Shown piece by piece: positions 61,941 through 64,000 of a stretch of 64,000 nt of DNA. Location: contig CAZEKH010000001.1 in assembly GCA_964512925.1 (NCBI GenBank), forward strand, positions 200,226-264,225. Direction: 5' to 3'. This DNA comes from an uncultured Candidatus Saccharibacteria bacterium (GTDB taxonomy: Bacteria > Patescibacteriota > Doudnabacteria > UBA920). Position 1 is the first letter of the stretch. Every line of letters starts with the position of its first letter. Under the pieces are notes generated by a model. That model saw nothing but the letters and a program-made list of their open reading frames with translations, did not search any database and had not been told where the DNA came from. The position numbers were made by a program, and so were the translations under genes.

Positions 61941-61973
61941 ATTTTACAATTTAATATCCCTAACAAAAATTTT

Positions 61974-62011
61974 GCTGTCAACTATAGTACATATGTGTTA
62001 TGTTTGACAGC
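61974..62011. repeat. 38-bp palindrome solo copy 3
   Basis: GCTGTCAACTATAGTACATATGTGTTATGTTTGACAGC, between convergent genes. Confidence 0.88.
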
Positions 62012-62042
62012 AAAGTTTTTTAGGAATTATTTGACAAATACA

Positions 62043-62780
62043 TTATTTGATAAATACTAAAATTAATATCAAAGGATAGCGGTAGAGACGGTAAACGAGG
62101 TCGAACTTTGGCGAGTCGGTGGGGGATTTGAGTTCATTGAATGCCGAAAGCGAGAGTCCGGTTTTTTTTGCAGCCTCAAAATAGTCAGCCAAGGTATAAA
62201 AGTGCGAATTGATGTATTCGCCTTTTTTAAATTCTCTTTGCACATTGCCCGGCTGAAAATAGGAAGAATTTATTTTTAGACTTGGTTTTTTAAAAGTCAG
62301 TATATCCAAAAGGCCGCGTTTCCATTCTGAGACAGGGTAAGTAAAGGCTGGATTTGGGATAGTCAGAATAAGTTTTGCCCCTTGTTTCATTAATTTTGAA
62401 ATATTTTTAAAAGCTTCAGATAAATTGCTTAGATCCGGAGCCGCCATATTTAAAACTACAGCATCAAAGATTAAATTTTCATAAGCAAAACCGATTTCTA
62501 TATCCTGAAGTTCAAATTTTATATTCGGACAATGTTTTTTAGCTTCATTTAGAAGAGGTTCGGAATTATCACAGCCTTGGGTGTTCGGGTATTTGGCTGC
62601 AATTTGTTTTGTCAGCCAGCCCGAACCTGAGGCGCAGTCTAAAATTTGAGAGGCGCGGTTTTCCGGCAGGTGTTTTTCTATGGCAGCCCAAAGGAACTGC
62701 TGCTGAAGCCGTCCGTCAGAAGAAGCTAAAAAATCAAGATATTTTTTGGCATTTATTGGATTTTGATATGCGCGAGACAT
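62043..62780 (-). CDS. Class I SAM-dependent methyltransferase
   Basis: ILDCASGSG, GCDNS, FDAVVLN. Confidence 0.85.
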   Translation of the reverse strand: MSRAYQNPINAKKYLDFLASSDGRLQQQFLWAAIEKHLPENRASQILDCASGSGWLTKQIAAKYPNTQGCDNSEPLLNEAKKHCPNIKFELQDIEIGFAYENLIFDAVVLNMAAPDLSNLSEAFKNISKLMKQGAKLILTIPNPAFTYPVSEWKRGLLDILTFKKPSLKINSSYFQPGNVQREFKKGEYINSHFYTLADYFEAAKKTGLSLSAFNELKSPTDSPKFDLVYRLYRYPLILILVFIK

Positions 62781-62881
62781 ATATGTATTATAGCGTGTTT
62801 TTCACAAATTGGACTAATTTAGAGAGGTATATAGGGCGTAATAGGACATATTTGACGTATGGATTTAATGAAATTGTAGCT

Positions 62882-62908
62882 TTATCACTCCTCTTGACAG
62901 AGTGATAA
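62882..62908. promoter_or_regulatory. CIRCE variant overlapping the groES -35
   Basis: TTATCACTC-N9-GAGTGATAA; TTGACA 62894-62899, TATAAT 62916-62921. Confidence 0.85.
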
Positions 62909-62978
62909 AATCGGATATAATTATGAAGCATAGAATTAAATTTCGCTCTTTTTAAAAGGCGAATGTTGGAGAAAACAA

Positions 62979-63284
62979 ATGACAGTCAAACCAATCGGCA
63001 ACCGGGTGTTGGTCAAACAGCTGAGCGAAGAACAGGTTACCAAAAGCGGTATTGTTCTTCCCGACACTGCGGATAAAGAAAAAAAAGCCCAGGGGAAAAT
63101 AGTAGCTGTGGGCTCTGGTGAAGAAATAAAAACTTTAGGATTAAAAGTGGGGGATGTAGTGGTTTTTGGCAAATATGCAGGCGATGAGATTGAGATGGAA
63201 GAAAACGGTCAAAAAGTTGAATATAAAATTTTGTATGTAGGGAAAGAGAAAGATGAATCGGATATTTTAGCTTTAGTTGAATAA
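62979..63284 (+). CDS. groES: Co-chaperonin GroES
   Basis: KPIGNRVLVK, TKSGIVLPDTA, VAVGSG, KYAG. Confidence 0.97.
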   Translation: MTVKPIGNRVLVKQLSEEQVTKSGIVLPDTADKEKKAQGKIVAVGSGEEIKTLGLKVGDVVVFGKYAGDEIEMEENGQKVEYKILYVGKEKDESDILALVE

Positions 63285-63378
63285 AATTAACATAATTCGA
63301 ATTATCCGAACAAGACAATCCAAATTCCACGAATATTTGGAGCATTCGGAGATTAATTCGGGTTATTAGGATTATATT

Positions 63379-64000
63379 ATGTCAAAAATTATCAAATCAG
63401 GCTTTGCTGCAAAGCAGGCTATAAAAAACGGGGTAGATATCGCGGCCAACGCGATCAAAGTAACTTTAGGTCCAACCGGCAAGGCAGTCATCATTGACAA
63501 GTCTTACGGCAGTCCGACTATTTCCGATGACGGTGTAACCGTAGCAAAAGAGATAGAGCTAGAAGATAAGTTTGAAAATATCGGCGCGTCTTTGATCCAG
63601 GAAGTAGCCAACAAAACCAACGAAGAAGCAGGGGATGGAACTACCACTGCCACGGTGCTTGCCCAAAAAATGATAGAAAAAGCTTTTGAGGCGGCAGCTT
63701 TGGCTTCTTCGCATTCGGGCGAGATCAAGCGCGGGATGGACAAGGCTGTGGAGTTTGTTGTTGAGGAATTAAACAAAGTTAAAAAAGAAGTTAAAACCAA
63801 AGAAGAAATCCAGCAGGTTGCCACCATTGCATCTCTCGATCCGGAAGTCGGACAGCTGATTGCCGAAGCTATGGAAGAAGTCGGGCACGATGGAGTTATC
63901 ACTGTGGAAGAAGGGCAAACTACTGGCCTTCAGAAAGAAGTGGTGAAAGGTATGCGGTTTGATAAGGGATTTGTTAATCCGTATATGGTAACTAACGCGG
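63379..64000 (+). CDS. groEL: Chaperonin GroEL (3'-truncated by the window)
   Basis: KVTLGPTG, DDGVTVAKEI, AGDGTTTATVLA, GMRFDKG. Confidence 0.97.
   Translation, partial: MSKIIKSGFAAKQAIKNGVDIAANAIKVTLGPTGKAVIIDKSYGSPTISDDGVTVAKEIELEDKFENIGASLIQEVANKTNEEAGDGTTTATVLAQKMIEKAFEAAALASSHSGEIKRGMDKAVEFVVEELNKVKKEVKTKEEIQQVATIASLDPEVGQLIAEAMEEVGHDGVITVEEGQTTGLQKEVVKGMRFDKGFVNPYMVTNA

Noticed and set aside
1079-63902. Numerous antisense or overlapping ORFs in the track (e.g. 18513-19211, 25163-25897, 45405-46199)
   Set aside because: Shadows of well-supported genes on the other strand or frame

Overview
A 64-kb bacterial chromosomal segment using genetic code 11. The gene set and mostly SD-less, AT-rich leaders suggest a Patescibacteria/CPR genome (inference). 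It carries the hrcA-grpE-dnaK-dnaJ and groES-groEL heat-shock loci, each behind a variant CIRCE. Other genes include topA, dprA, pth, der, lepB, a degenerate hisS, rpsU, ftsA, ftsZ, an nrdR-nrdJ-cobO cluster with probable B12 uptake genes, comEC, ndk, a short rel, mutM and two tRNAs. A ~12.5-kb accessory island separates ftsA from ftsZ. Most notable: (1) a PaaX-like wHTH/Cas2-fold gene bracketed by two inverted copies of a 38-bp palindrome, with a third solo copy ~26 kb away, an arrangement recalling RAYT/REP; (2) several families of small palindromic repeats that nest in each other and sit in-frame in at least seven conserved genes; (3) a candidate ribosome-dependent attenuator (YWFWF leader peptide) before a small Zn-ribbon gene; (4) two orphan structured RNA candidates with their own promoter and terminator. 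All calls come from reading the sequence by eye; no database searches were run.
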